From contig CAXXTH010000011.1 of NCBI GenBank assembly GCA_963668025.2, forward strand, positions 179,853 through 243,852: 64,000 bases of DNA, given 5' to 3'. Source of the stretch: Candidatus Hydrogenedentota bacterium (lineage in GTDB: Bacteria; Hydrogenedentota; Hydrogenedentia; Hydrogenedentales; SLHB01). The position numbers and the translations under genes are program-made. This document shows, piece by piece, positions 43,942 through 53,639 of the stretch (positions are counted from its first letter, which is position 1; each line of letters starts with the position of its first letter). Under the pieces are notes generated by a model that was given only the letters and a program-made list of their open reading frames with translations, was not told the DNA's origin and ran no database searches.

Positions 43942-46012
43942 TCAGTACTGGATCCCTTCTGCTGGTCCTGAAGCTGGCACTCTTCCAGCCTGTCCAATCG
44001 CCTGTTGAAACTCAACAGATGTCGTGAAATTGGGGTCCCACTCGAAGTTGTCCGGGTCGTCCTCGCCTGCGTTCACCATCCACGGGTGCTGCAGCAACTG
44101 CTCGGCGGTTGGGCGGTCGTGTGGGTTGGGCTGCAGGCACTTATTCATGAAGTCGCTGCATATATCGGACACTTTGGGCAGCAATGGACGTTCCATCACA
44201 TTACCAATGTGGAATAGCGCTGCCCAAGCGGAGGTAAACTCGGGCCACGGTGGTCTTCCTTGGTCCAGTAACTCCGCAACTGTAATCCCTAGACTCCAGA
44301 TGTCGGCTTTGGTGTTGTACCCCCCTGAAGCATACTCGCTTTCGGGATTGACAACTTCCGGTGCCATCCACAGCGGTGTGCCCACGATGGTGTTGGTGAC
44401 ATTTGTGTGTGTCGCGGTGGTAGTCTTGATTGTCAGCCGCTTGGCGGAGCCGAAGTCTGCCAGCTTGACAATTCCTTCGCTTTCGATGAGGATATTGTCC
44501 CCTTTGATGTCCCTGTGGACGATGTGATGGCAGTGGAGGAAGGCAATTCCCTGCAGAATCTGCTTCACGTAGTGCTGCACAACGTCTTCGTGTAGCCGGT
44601 CGTCGAGCTTCTTCACGAGCGCACCCAGTGCGCCGCCGTGGCAATACTCCATCCACAGATTTACAACCTTTTCTGACGGCGAGTACTCGGCGTGGTAGTA
44701 CCGGATGATGTGCTCATCCCGAAGTGACGCCATCATGCGCAGCTCTTGAGTCAGCGTCTCTGCTTCTTCTTTGGTTGAGCTGTGCATGTCAATTTGCTTC
44801 ATGGCCAAGAAGGAGCCATCGCACAGAATGCATAAGAAAACAGCCCCTGTGGAGCCCCGCCCCAGCAGACGCCCTCGCTGCCATCGCCCATCTTTCAGCA
44901 TGGTGATGATTCGGCGCGTCTTCATTTGCTGTCGAGCGAGAGTCTCAGGATTCGAGTCGGAAATGCGTGCCCGGTTCTTCTGTCTGGGCTTCATCGATGC
45001 GTGAGGGCTGATGTGCGATGAAGTAGGTTGAGGGGCAACATGAATTATGGTACCCGAACCCTCAGTAGCAACCGCGGGCAGTGGGTCGCTGTGTGAAGTC
45101 TGCAACCCACTCTGGGATGACGCAACACTCGCGGACTTTTCCGGTTTTGGCGAGGATGGGGTAGTGTAGGCTGCCCCAGGAAGTTGCGGTTCCACTTGCG
45201 TCTGTCGACGGTGGAACACGATTACCAATAGAACGCCAATGACAACCACGAAGAAGCCCATTACCACGGAGAGTATGATCACAGCGCTCTTCATGCCGCT
45301 GTCGCTCGATTCCACCACGGCAGCGGCAGTGGTGGTTGTAGACCCCTGCACAAGCAAGGCGGCTGCCGCACAACGTGCGACGTGTTCAGTCAGGCATGCA
45401 GTACCACCTTGGTATGCGCACGACAGCTCGCTGGAGCTGCATTGCTGTAGCTCGGACGTGAATCGGTTGGTACAGTACGAGGAGTAGTCAGAGCCCAAGT
45501 TGCACCCTGCTTTGCCGTAGCAGTCGATCGTTTGCGCATAGCACCCTGTGGTGCACAGCTCGAGTGTGTTCTGACGACAGCTGAGCCGCCTTGAGGCAAA
45601 GCGAAGCTGTTTCGAACTGCAGTAGTGTGCAAGATTTTTGAAGACGAGTGATCTCGCACTGCTGAAAAGCAGCTGCCATTGCTGTGTAGGTATCAATGTA
45701 CGTGGAGGAGTTGGTGCATCCGTAAGTACTTATGCTCTCCGACACACACGAGAAGTAGCGGCACACGGCATTGAAATTGTAGTACGGGTGGCAGTCGCTC
45801 GCGGAAGGAACACACTGATCCGAGCAGTTGCAGGTCGTGTTGCCGCAACAGGTTGTGTGACAGGCGCCCAGTTGACTTTCCAGTGCTACAGAGCTGCAGG
45901 CTAGCGACATGCACACTCCTACAAAGCAAGACGCCAAAAATGCGAATTGAATGCCGTTCTTGCAGATGCGCACAGCGCTCTCAATGTACACCTCTGGACT
46001 ACTTTTTGCCAT
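43942..46012 (-). CDS. Receptor-type STE11/MAP3K-like kinase: Cys-rich ectodomain, single TM helix, kinase; one apparent +1 frameshift near 45569
   Basis: Kinase motifs 'WQRGRLLGRGSTGAV', 'AMKQ', 'MEYCHGG', 'HRDIKGDNIL', 'KLADFG', 'GTPLWMAPE', 'DIWSLG'. TM helix 'AVIILSVVMGFFVVVIGVLLVIVF'. Confidence 0.88.
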
Positions 46013-46114
46013 TTCGGGCCTTGTTTTCGAAACGCGGAGGGGGAGAAACAAGCAATATTTAGTAGTGTCCCCCATAAGGCACAAATTGCATGATATAGAG
46101 GGAACAATGCTTGG

Positions 46115-47381
46115 TCAATCAAACGCCACATTCTCATCTCTTGGGCGCTTTGCTCCAACTGCAACGTCGAACACACTGCTACTATTCCCTGCTCCTCCAG
46201 TGGTGTCCGCTTGTCTGCATACGGCAAATCGCATGCATCGGCTCTGGAGCCGTAGTCCTTTGCTGCAATCCACTGGGCCTCTGATGTGAAGGGCAGTCGG
46301 ACAGCCCCCATGCGGTCGCGCGACACTGCGCCAGGGAAACGTAAAGGGGTTGCGAACGTGCTTCATGCTGCGCACGGCCGGGACGCCTTCGGTACCGACA
46401 GCAACACGCGGGAGGTCGGTGCCCGGGCGACACGCTGCACTCCTCCGTATCAGCGTGTCGAACGTGAGAGTGCGGACAAAGCCTTCAGCCATAGGGCGAA
46501 TGACCTTGATGTTGGACGCACTGCCCCCCACGCTGTGCGCTGCTGCTTCTTTATTAGGTTGCGAGTCGTGGGATGCTGCACCCTGAGCTCGCATCAGCTT
46601 GTCCAGCACGGCGGGGACCTTTGTGACTTCGCTTGTTCTTGCTTTCGACAGCTCTTCGTTGCGACGTTGGGTTTCCATAGTGGTCGCTTGCAGGATATCT
46701 TGGAGCGTCTCGTACGTGCTAGCATCCTCTTTGCGAAGCTGCCCACTCTTGCGGCGTGTGGCCCAACAGCTTCAAGTAGGTCCGAGCGCTGTGCTGAGGA
46801 AGGCTTTGCAGAGAAGACGCCAGCTGAAGTACTACTTGGCTGCGCTTCTTTGCTTCGCGCTCTGTTAGGACCGACTGCAGCTGCTTCACCCCGCCGACAG
46901 GGCTGGCGGAGGTCTGCGTGACTTCAACCCTTTCTGGCGCTGCTTTTGGTTGTGCAGAGCCTTTCAGCGCCTCAACTAAAGTACTGGCGTCTTCTTCGGA
47001 GATGAGCTGTCGGGCCCGCCACTGTTTGAAGGCGGCCAGCGACTGATTAACCAGCGTCGATGGCAAATGGTTCGCCTTTTGCAGTTCCGTGTAGCATGAC
47101 GGCAGCAGTTCAAGAAACTCGTTAACGAGGACTTGAATTCTCTCACGCGGGAGGATTTCGGAAGGCTTGGTGTTGATCACAGCGTCGAACAAACACAGCA
47201 TCGCAGCGCCTTCTTTCGCACCTGTCTTGAAATGAGACGCCATACTCGACGCAGCACTTCGACACAAGAGGGCATGATCTGTGCCAGAAGCGATGTAAGC
47301 CCAGATAGCAGCAGCAGTGTCAGCAATCCCTTTCTTTGTCGGCTGTGTGAGAGCAGCAATCGACCTTCTAAGCACTTCCAT
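46115..47381 (-). CDS. Eukaryotic hypothetical protein, possible N-terminal CID/VHS-like helical domain; several apparent frameshifts
   Basis: ORF pieces join by removing one G near 46743 and one near 46307. Contains 'MLCLFDAVI' and a C-terminal 'KRPR'. Confidence 0.5.
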
Positions 47382-47540
47382 TTGGTGCTGTATCCTAGCC
47401 CTCCTTTCCTTTTGTTTCCTCCATATCCCAAAGACCCAAACGAAAAGAACACAGCTTACTATCAGTATCGGTTGCACGGGTTCCTTCGGTGAAAAACGTC
47501 TGACATTGACGCAAAGTAGTTTCAAATAAGTAGAGTACAA

Positions 47541-49998
47541 CTAATCACTCGGCTTTGAATGAGTAAATGAGTAAACAGAGCTACCCCTGCTGCCACTTGG
47601 CGCAACAGCCAATTTTCTTGCGACGTTGTTTCGACGAGGACAAGATAACCCAGAAAAGCGCCGCAGAAGCAGCTGCTCACGAGAGGATGCCGTCGGACGG
47701 TCAATTTCTTGCTTCTCCGAGTCTATGAGTGCCTCCAATGCGGCGTTGTCCCCGTGCCTCTGGACGGTGGAGAGAAGGTGCTGAGAGATTTTCGGGGTGC
47801 TCAGGCACATCTGCGATGTCGACGCACACACCACAGTTGAGGCGATCGTGAAGCAGTCCCATTTGCCTCTCCCACTCTCCTTCCAGCTGCATGTCCGCGA
47901 TGCATGCCCTCCGCCACTCACATTCCCACAAAGGGTCATCGTTGAGGGCATCAGCAGCCGGCTTATCTCTTGCGCTTCGTGGATCTGATTTTGAAACGGG
48001 CCGGTGAAAGCGCGGGCGCTCCCACTCTCGTTGCAGCAGCGTGTCGTTGCTTCTAAGACTATTGCGAGCACTCCGCAGCATCTCGAGAAACTTCTCCGCA
48101 GTGATCCCGCTGTAGACTTCGCGTTCGCCAGTACCTTTTTCTGGACTGGAAGCAGCGGGCACGACGGCTCGTTGTGGTCTTGACGGGCTAGGTGAGGCAG
48201 CAAGCGCAGATGGCAGCTGTTCGTGTTGCTCGACAGGCATTTCTGCTGTTACCGGTGCGACTGTCTGCTGTGAACGGCTCGTGCTCCTTGTAGGAGTGAC
48301 GACGACCTCACCTAACTGCGCATCGTTGCTCTGCCGTGTGGCCGGGTGAAGCCGCATAAGGAGCAAGTGCCTCTCCCCAAGCGATGTGATTCCAATCTCT
48401 TGCAGTTCATCGCTGGTGATGCAGGACAGCGTCTCGCGAATTGAGCCGTTGAAGCTCCTCTTTGCCAGACGCGTTTTCAGCCACGCACCCGAAACCGTGG
48501 GCCAGGAACAGTTGGGCGTACTTTTCGCTAGAAGGCTGCGAGAATCCCAGGCCTCGCAGGTAACTGGTGAAGGCATCGGACGCCACACGGTTGGCAGTGG
48601 ATGGTTCAGCAGGACTCGCCACACTTCTCACTTCTATCAGCTGCGCGGCTACCGAAGGGGGCAATCTCGTAACGTCTACGCCTCCCTCCACCGAAGTTGG
48701 TCCCCTTTTCGGGGATGGTTTCGCTGGAGACGCCGATGACTGCCGCAGCTGTCAAGGCGAAATGGCGCCAGCATGACAGCGTAGCACATGCCAACTATCT
48801 CACGCCGCACAGACAGCTGTAGGTCTTCGATGAAGTCGCGTTGATCCCTCTCCTCTTTGTACAGTGGGCGCAGTCGCACCATAAGCCAGTCCCTGGGATC
48901 CTGAACGCCGATACCGGAATCGTCAATCGCAGAACGGAGGCAACACTCCACGTCCCGGAGTTTCTCTGTCACTGCCTCTAGCACACCTTCAGGGGTACGC
49001 CGTGAGGTGTCCTTTTCAAATCCTGCTATGGCTGTCCGGACAGCCTCACATACGGCTTGGCGCTGTTGCGTGGCGGTCCTTTTGATCTCTGCTTCACACG
49101 ATGCAATCACTTGCACATTCCACCGCACAGCACCCTCAAACGCGTTTAGCTGTTCACGGTCGAGCGTTTCTTGGAGCGCGAGCTGGCTACCCTCGTATCG
49201 GAACTGCGTTGCTGCCGCACGTTTCATATCGCGCTGCTCTCGGATTACCGCTTGCCTCGCGTGGGACGCATAATGAAGCATAAAGAAGTCGTCCCTCTCT
49301 TCTTGATAGACAGACGTGCGCGCAGTCTCCTCCTGGTGGACCAACGAAGCAACTTGCTGAGCAGCAGCCCCAGCACCCGTGCCCACAACCGGTGAGGCCG
49401 GTGATGGTTGTGAACTCTTAGGCGAAGGCCCTTCCGCCACCGGACTCCCCTTGAGCGGGTTGACAACAGGCCGTTCAGTCGCTTTCATTTCAGCTGGTTT
49501 GGGTTTGTCGGCTGTGTGTGAGCCCGCAGGGAGAGTGCCTTTTGCGGCAGAGCGGAGAGCAGGTCTTTCGAACGTGCCGTTAGGGGCCCCAGCCGGTTCA
49601 TCCACTTTGGCCTTCCCTGCCACAGTCTTTGGTTTTGGCTCTTCATTTTTGCTTCCTGTAGTCTTGTCAGAATTTTTTGGCGCTGCTGCCTCTTTGGGTG
49701 CCGCGCTCGTGGGTGAGGGGCCCTGTTGCCCCGTGTTGGCCGCAAGGGGCGACTGTTGTGTTTTTGGCGCTGGCGGGGCAGGAGGCGGCAGTTTAGGGAG
49801 CTTTTGCGGTTCGGGAGCAGCTGCGGGTGCTTTCGATTCCGTAGTTTTCCCGAGAAGCCGTGCTCGGGCTTCAGCAAGAGACCCTGGCGCGGTGTCGTCT
49901 AATTGCTTCGGTGCTTCAGCTGGTGCCTTAGCAACCATCGACGGCGGGGGCAGTCGTGGTGGTGGAGGACGAGGCGCAGGCGGTGGCGGCAGGGACAT
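47541..49998 (-). CDS. Eukaryotic Pro-rich / coiled-coil / SAM-domain protein, split by apparent frameshifts
   Basis: Poly-Pro N-terminus and 'EETAR....EER' repeats typical of euglenozoan coiled-coil proteins. SAM-like 'YLRGLGF....KYAQLF...ITSDELQEIGITSLGERHLLL'. The 3' end is uncertain. Confidence 0.55.
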
Positions 49999-50184
49999 TC
50001 AGCCGCAGCCTTTTCCCCCTTCTCTTTTTTTCTTCAACAGCTCTCTTGTTACCATTTACACCACCATGAAGGAGCGAATTGGGTCAAGTCTCAACGATGC
50101 TTCGAGTTGCACGCAAGCAAACAGCGCGCCTTAAGGCCCAACGTCGTCAAATCTGTTGCATTCAGAAGCAACACAAGGGGAGTG

Positions 50185-51045
50185 CTAGCTCGTAAGGCGC
50201 TCCTCCAACTTCGAGAGGACCGTGTTCCACGGGACTTTCTCTGCTCGTTGGCTAGAACATGTCCACCCAGAGAATTTGTTGCCACCACGTTCCTCCTCCT
50301 GGCCAACGGGGACATCCAAAGGGTCCTCACTGCATCGAAAGATATTTGGGGTGAGCTGGGCACCGGAGTTCGTACACAGGTGTAGTCTAGGGCCGTGAAT
50401 TTCCATGAGTGCAAGCGCCAACCGCTTGTCGTTGGAGATTAAGTGAAGCTCGGCATGCGGAAACAGCGTCGACAGGAGTCCCGCAACCACACAAATGCAC
50501 GTGTCCGCCGCGTCCTTTCCACCGTGACAGTCATGCACGATCAGGGCGCCACTCTCGCACAGCATACGAGCGACGCTGTGAGAGAGGCAACCTTGTGCAG
50601 CGGGTTCAACAAACAAGATCATCATGGCTCCATCCTTCGCACGAGAGCTGGCTGGCCTTAACATTTCGTCTGTCTGATATCGGAGGTTGAACATGCGGGC
50701 GAGTCTTTCGTGAGACGGATCCCACGCTTCAAGAACGGTGAAGAGGTACGGGACATTTGCACAATCGACGAACACGACGTTGCGCTGCCGCCCCTCACAT
50801 GCACGTTTGTAAAAGCTCGCAATGTCTCGCAACGACCCATGACACAGCGAGAATAAGGGCTCTCCAACGCCGCAGGGTGGGGACGATACCCAGCGGCGCG
50901 CACGTGCCCTCAGTAGCGCCTGGCTTGACGACAAAGTGTCAGGAAGAGCCAACAGCGCCCTGTGCTTGCCAAACAGGTGCTTCATCAGCAATCTGGCGCC
51001 TGCAAAAGAGAGCTTGCACACTGGGCACCTTCCCGCCGCCCGCAT
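50185..51045 (-). CDS. C2H2 zinc finger + PIN/NYN-like nuclease domain protein
   Basis: Finger 'CPVCKLSF......LMKHLFGKH'; PIN-like 'VFVDCAN', 'KDAADTCI', 'LISND'. Confidence 0.72.
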   Translation of the reverse strand: MRAAGRCPVCKLSFAGARLLMKHLFGKHRALLALPDTLSSSQALLRARARRWVSSPPCGVGEPLFSLCHGSLRDIASFYKRACEGRQRNVVFVDCANVPYLFTVLEAWDPSHERLARMFNLRYQTDEMLRPASSRAKDGAMMILFVEPAAQGCLSHSVARMLCESGALIVHDCHGGKDAADTCICVVAGLLSTLFPHAELHLISNDKRLALALMEIHGPRLHLCTNSGAQLTPNIFRCSEDPLDVPVGQEEERGGNKFSGWTCSSQRAEKVPWNTVLSKLEERLTS

Positions 51046-51160
51046 GGTTCAAAGTTGAAGGATCCTTCCTACGCTTGACTTCGCTCTTGATTTAGGAACA
51101 CCAATCAGAGATTTCAACGGTCCGAAACTGTGAGACGCGTCATTGACATACCAGACAAGT

Positions 51161-52102
51161 TCACGTTTGAGGTGACGATGAGGTCAGCTCACTTATGTAT
51201 CCGGAGACACCTTTGGCATCCTTCATGGTGACACTAAGCAGGTTTGCAGTGTGCTCCGCCTCGTAGATCATCGCGATCGAGCGTAGTGATTCCAGCGTGT
51301 TGCTTGCCGCTGCACGCATCCGCGTGTACTTTCGCTCTGAAGTGAGGCACTTGATGGTATTCAGCAGCCCGCCTGAAGGAAGGCCGCACTGACAAGCGTC
51401 AGCGCTGACAACAACAGCACACAGAGCGGCGACCAACGGCCATGTTACTAATCGCCCAAACGGGTACATGTACCACAACAACGCCACGGCGCGCATCATC
51501 ACTTGCTCCTTGGTCTGGTCAAACTGAAGACCCGGCGCCCCTGACAAAGCTCTCCGAAACGCCAACGCGACACACCGCAAATTGTGCTCAGGGATGCGCG
51601 TGAAGCAGTTTGAGCTTTCGACGCGGCAGTACAACTGCATGTGCTGGAGCTCGTACGCCTCCACGTTACACTTGGCGTAGCGGCAGTACGCACCCCACGA
51701 ACTGTCCGCTAGAGGCGGCGCCAATTTCGCCTTGTCAACCCACTGGTTCCACCTCGGCCGCAGCAACAGCGTGACGACGTTTGTAATCGAAGCTGCAGAG
51801 TTGTGCGTTTTGTGACTGAAGACAACGGCTGCTAGTGCGATGAAGGCCAGCTCATCCTCTGCATCATCCCTTCGCTCGAGGGGTTCGGCTTCCGGTGCAG
51901 AGAGAGTGAATGGCGGTTTTGTGCGGATGATTTCGTCAATGTATCCGAGCGGCAAGAAACTGAAGAACACATGAACAAAGAGTACTGCCTGTCGAACGAT
52001 CAAGCGGTCGCCCAGGACGCTCTTTTGCGGGTCATGCCCTAGGATGTACTGGGCCGCGATCGCTGCGAAAGTCTCGTTACTACTCGAAGAGGGCAACGCC
52101 AT
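51161..52102 (-). CDS. Eukaryotic hypothetical protein
   Basis: Intact 313 aa ORF whose ATG is directly preceded by CAG; co-oriented with its neighbours. Confidence 0.6.
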   Translation of the reverse strand: MALPSSSSNETFAAIAAQYILGHDPQKSVLGDRLIVRQAVLFVHVFFSFLPLGYIDEIIRTKPPFTLSAPEAEPLERRDDAEDELAFIALAAVVFSHKTHNSAASITNVVTLLLRPRWNQWVDKAKLAPPLADSSWGAYCRYAKCNVEAYELQHMQLYCRVESSNCFTRIPEHNLRCVALAFRRALSGAPGLQFDQTKEQVMMRAVALLWYMYPFGRLVTWPLVAALCAVVVSADACQCGLPSGGLLNTIKCLTSERKYTRMRAAASNTLESLRSIAMIYEAEHTANLLSVTMKDAKGVSGYISELTSSSPQT

Positions 52103-52315
52103 CTGGTAACAATACTAAACAGGACTTGTGATATGCGTCAAAAAAAGAGTGAGACACGTGAGGGAACGGAGTCACACTTGGGGGCACCAAGGGTGCAGAA
52201 AGTCATTGCAGGGTGCTGCAAATACAAAGGTTCAACAGTATCAACAAGTCAACAAACAAACTTGGGGCGAATTGTACACATGGGGAGCAAAACGATGGGA
52301 ATGTGAGGACTCTCA
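52103..52315 (-). repeat. Conserved intergenic direct repeat R1
   Basis: Shares 'acttgggggcac' and 'gcagggt(g/c)ctgcaaatacaaaggttcaa..atcaacaag' with 56520-56730 and 60301-60457. Confidence 0.85.
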
Positions 52316-52378
52316 AATTTTCCAACATCCAAAGGGAGAGAAGCAACGACTTTTTGTCAATATAGTTTGAGTACTTTC

Positions 52379-53438
52379 TCAAACGTCCTCCACAACAACA
52401 CCGCCATCGGCAGCACTTCTGTGCTGTGGCTTTGAAGGCACATTTGTTTTTGTACGGGAAACGGGCCCATTCGTATGACTGTGCGCCACGACAGAGTTGT
52501 CAAACCGCGGAAACCAGCTCCCAGTGCGTGGAGCCCACCCAACGACGGGGCGCGTGTAGTAGGCGACGGTGGCTCTGGCAGGGATGATGACCGCCTTTGG
52601 GAAGAACACCGCACAAACAATAGCAGTCACAACCAGTACAGACAATATGACAATGGGGATAGCAATGTGCACCTCCCACGCCATGTACAACCCGACACAA
52701 ATCCACGCAATGATAAATGCCGGAATCAAGTAGTACCCACAAATGGTGCTGGAGGCAACAAAAGCTACGGTGGAGCGAACTAAGACGAGCACACTTGCCT
52801 TCAGTCGTCCCTTCGGCAGCTTTCTGCCTTCTGGCTCGGTCGCTTGCAGGTAAAGCATAAACACGAACATAGGCAGCCACAGCGCAAGGTACAGAGGAAC
52901 GCACGTGTACACTAGGATCTGATCCTCTATCTTGGCGTGGCGCACATGGTAGCACGCGGTGCCGAGACACACGTAGACGTAGCAGACGCCCATCCCAACG
53001 AAGAGATACGGCCACGCTCCGCAGGCAGCGTCGCCCAGCTTGCCGTACCACTTTGGGTGCTTGGAGGTGACAAGGTAGAAGAAAAAGGCAGCTAAGAGCA
53101 TCACGCCCCCGCCCACAAAGGTGACTATCCATACAACGGGACCGCTCACGTCGCTGTAATCTTTTACGAAACTGAAGACGAAGGTGAGCAGGCACGCCAT
53201 GCCAATCGTGCTGGCTCCCCCTAGCCAGAGCTCTGGGTCCAGATTAGGCAAAGCGTCCTCATCGTCCGATGCTTCTTCAGGGTTGCTGTCAGCATTTGCG
53301 TGGAGATCAAGCGGGTTTGGGGGTGGCTGCGAGTCGGCGGTGGAGCATGGTGGGTGCGTAGATGTGCGGACGGCATGAACGCTGCCATTTCCGTCCTATC
53401 TCTCCCTCACCGGCACCGTGCATTTCTGCAGATGCCAT
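52379..53438 (-). CDS. Multi-pass (about 6 TM) membrane protein, copy A; one apparent +1 frameshift near 53396
   Basis: Hydrophobic ORF 52379-53251. Its start 'MASAEMHGAGEGEID' (CAG-ATG at 53438) joins after removing one G; the paralog at 57271 reads 'MASAEIHGVDEGEID'. Confidence 0.7.
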
Positions 53439-53639
53439 CTGGAATTGAAGTAGCTCCCCCCTTTTCCCCTCGTAAACTTGTTTCCGTGTTATTCAAACAC
53501 AAACAAATTGAGCAACCATTAGAAGGTGCAGCCAAGACTGCTTTACGGAAGAACACCTTTTTCGCTACAAGTCCACATTGCATGCGCAGGGTGCTACTAC
53601 TCAACAGAAGGCCCTCCTTCGGTCCACTACAAGTCCACA

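Noticed and set aside
48459-48489. Possible 31-nt GTGCGT...AG intron in the SAM region
   Set aside because: Deleting a single A ('QRL-IRETL') restores the frame equally well and fits the window-wide error pattern.
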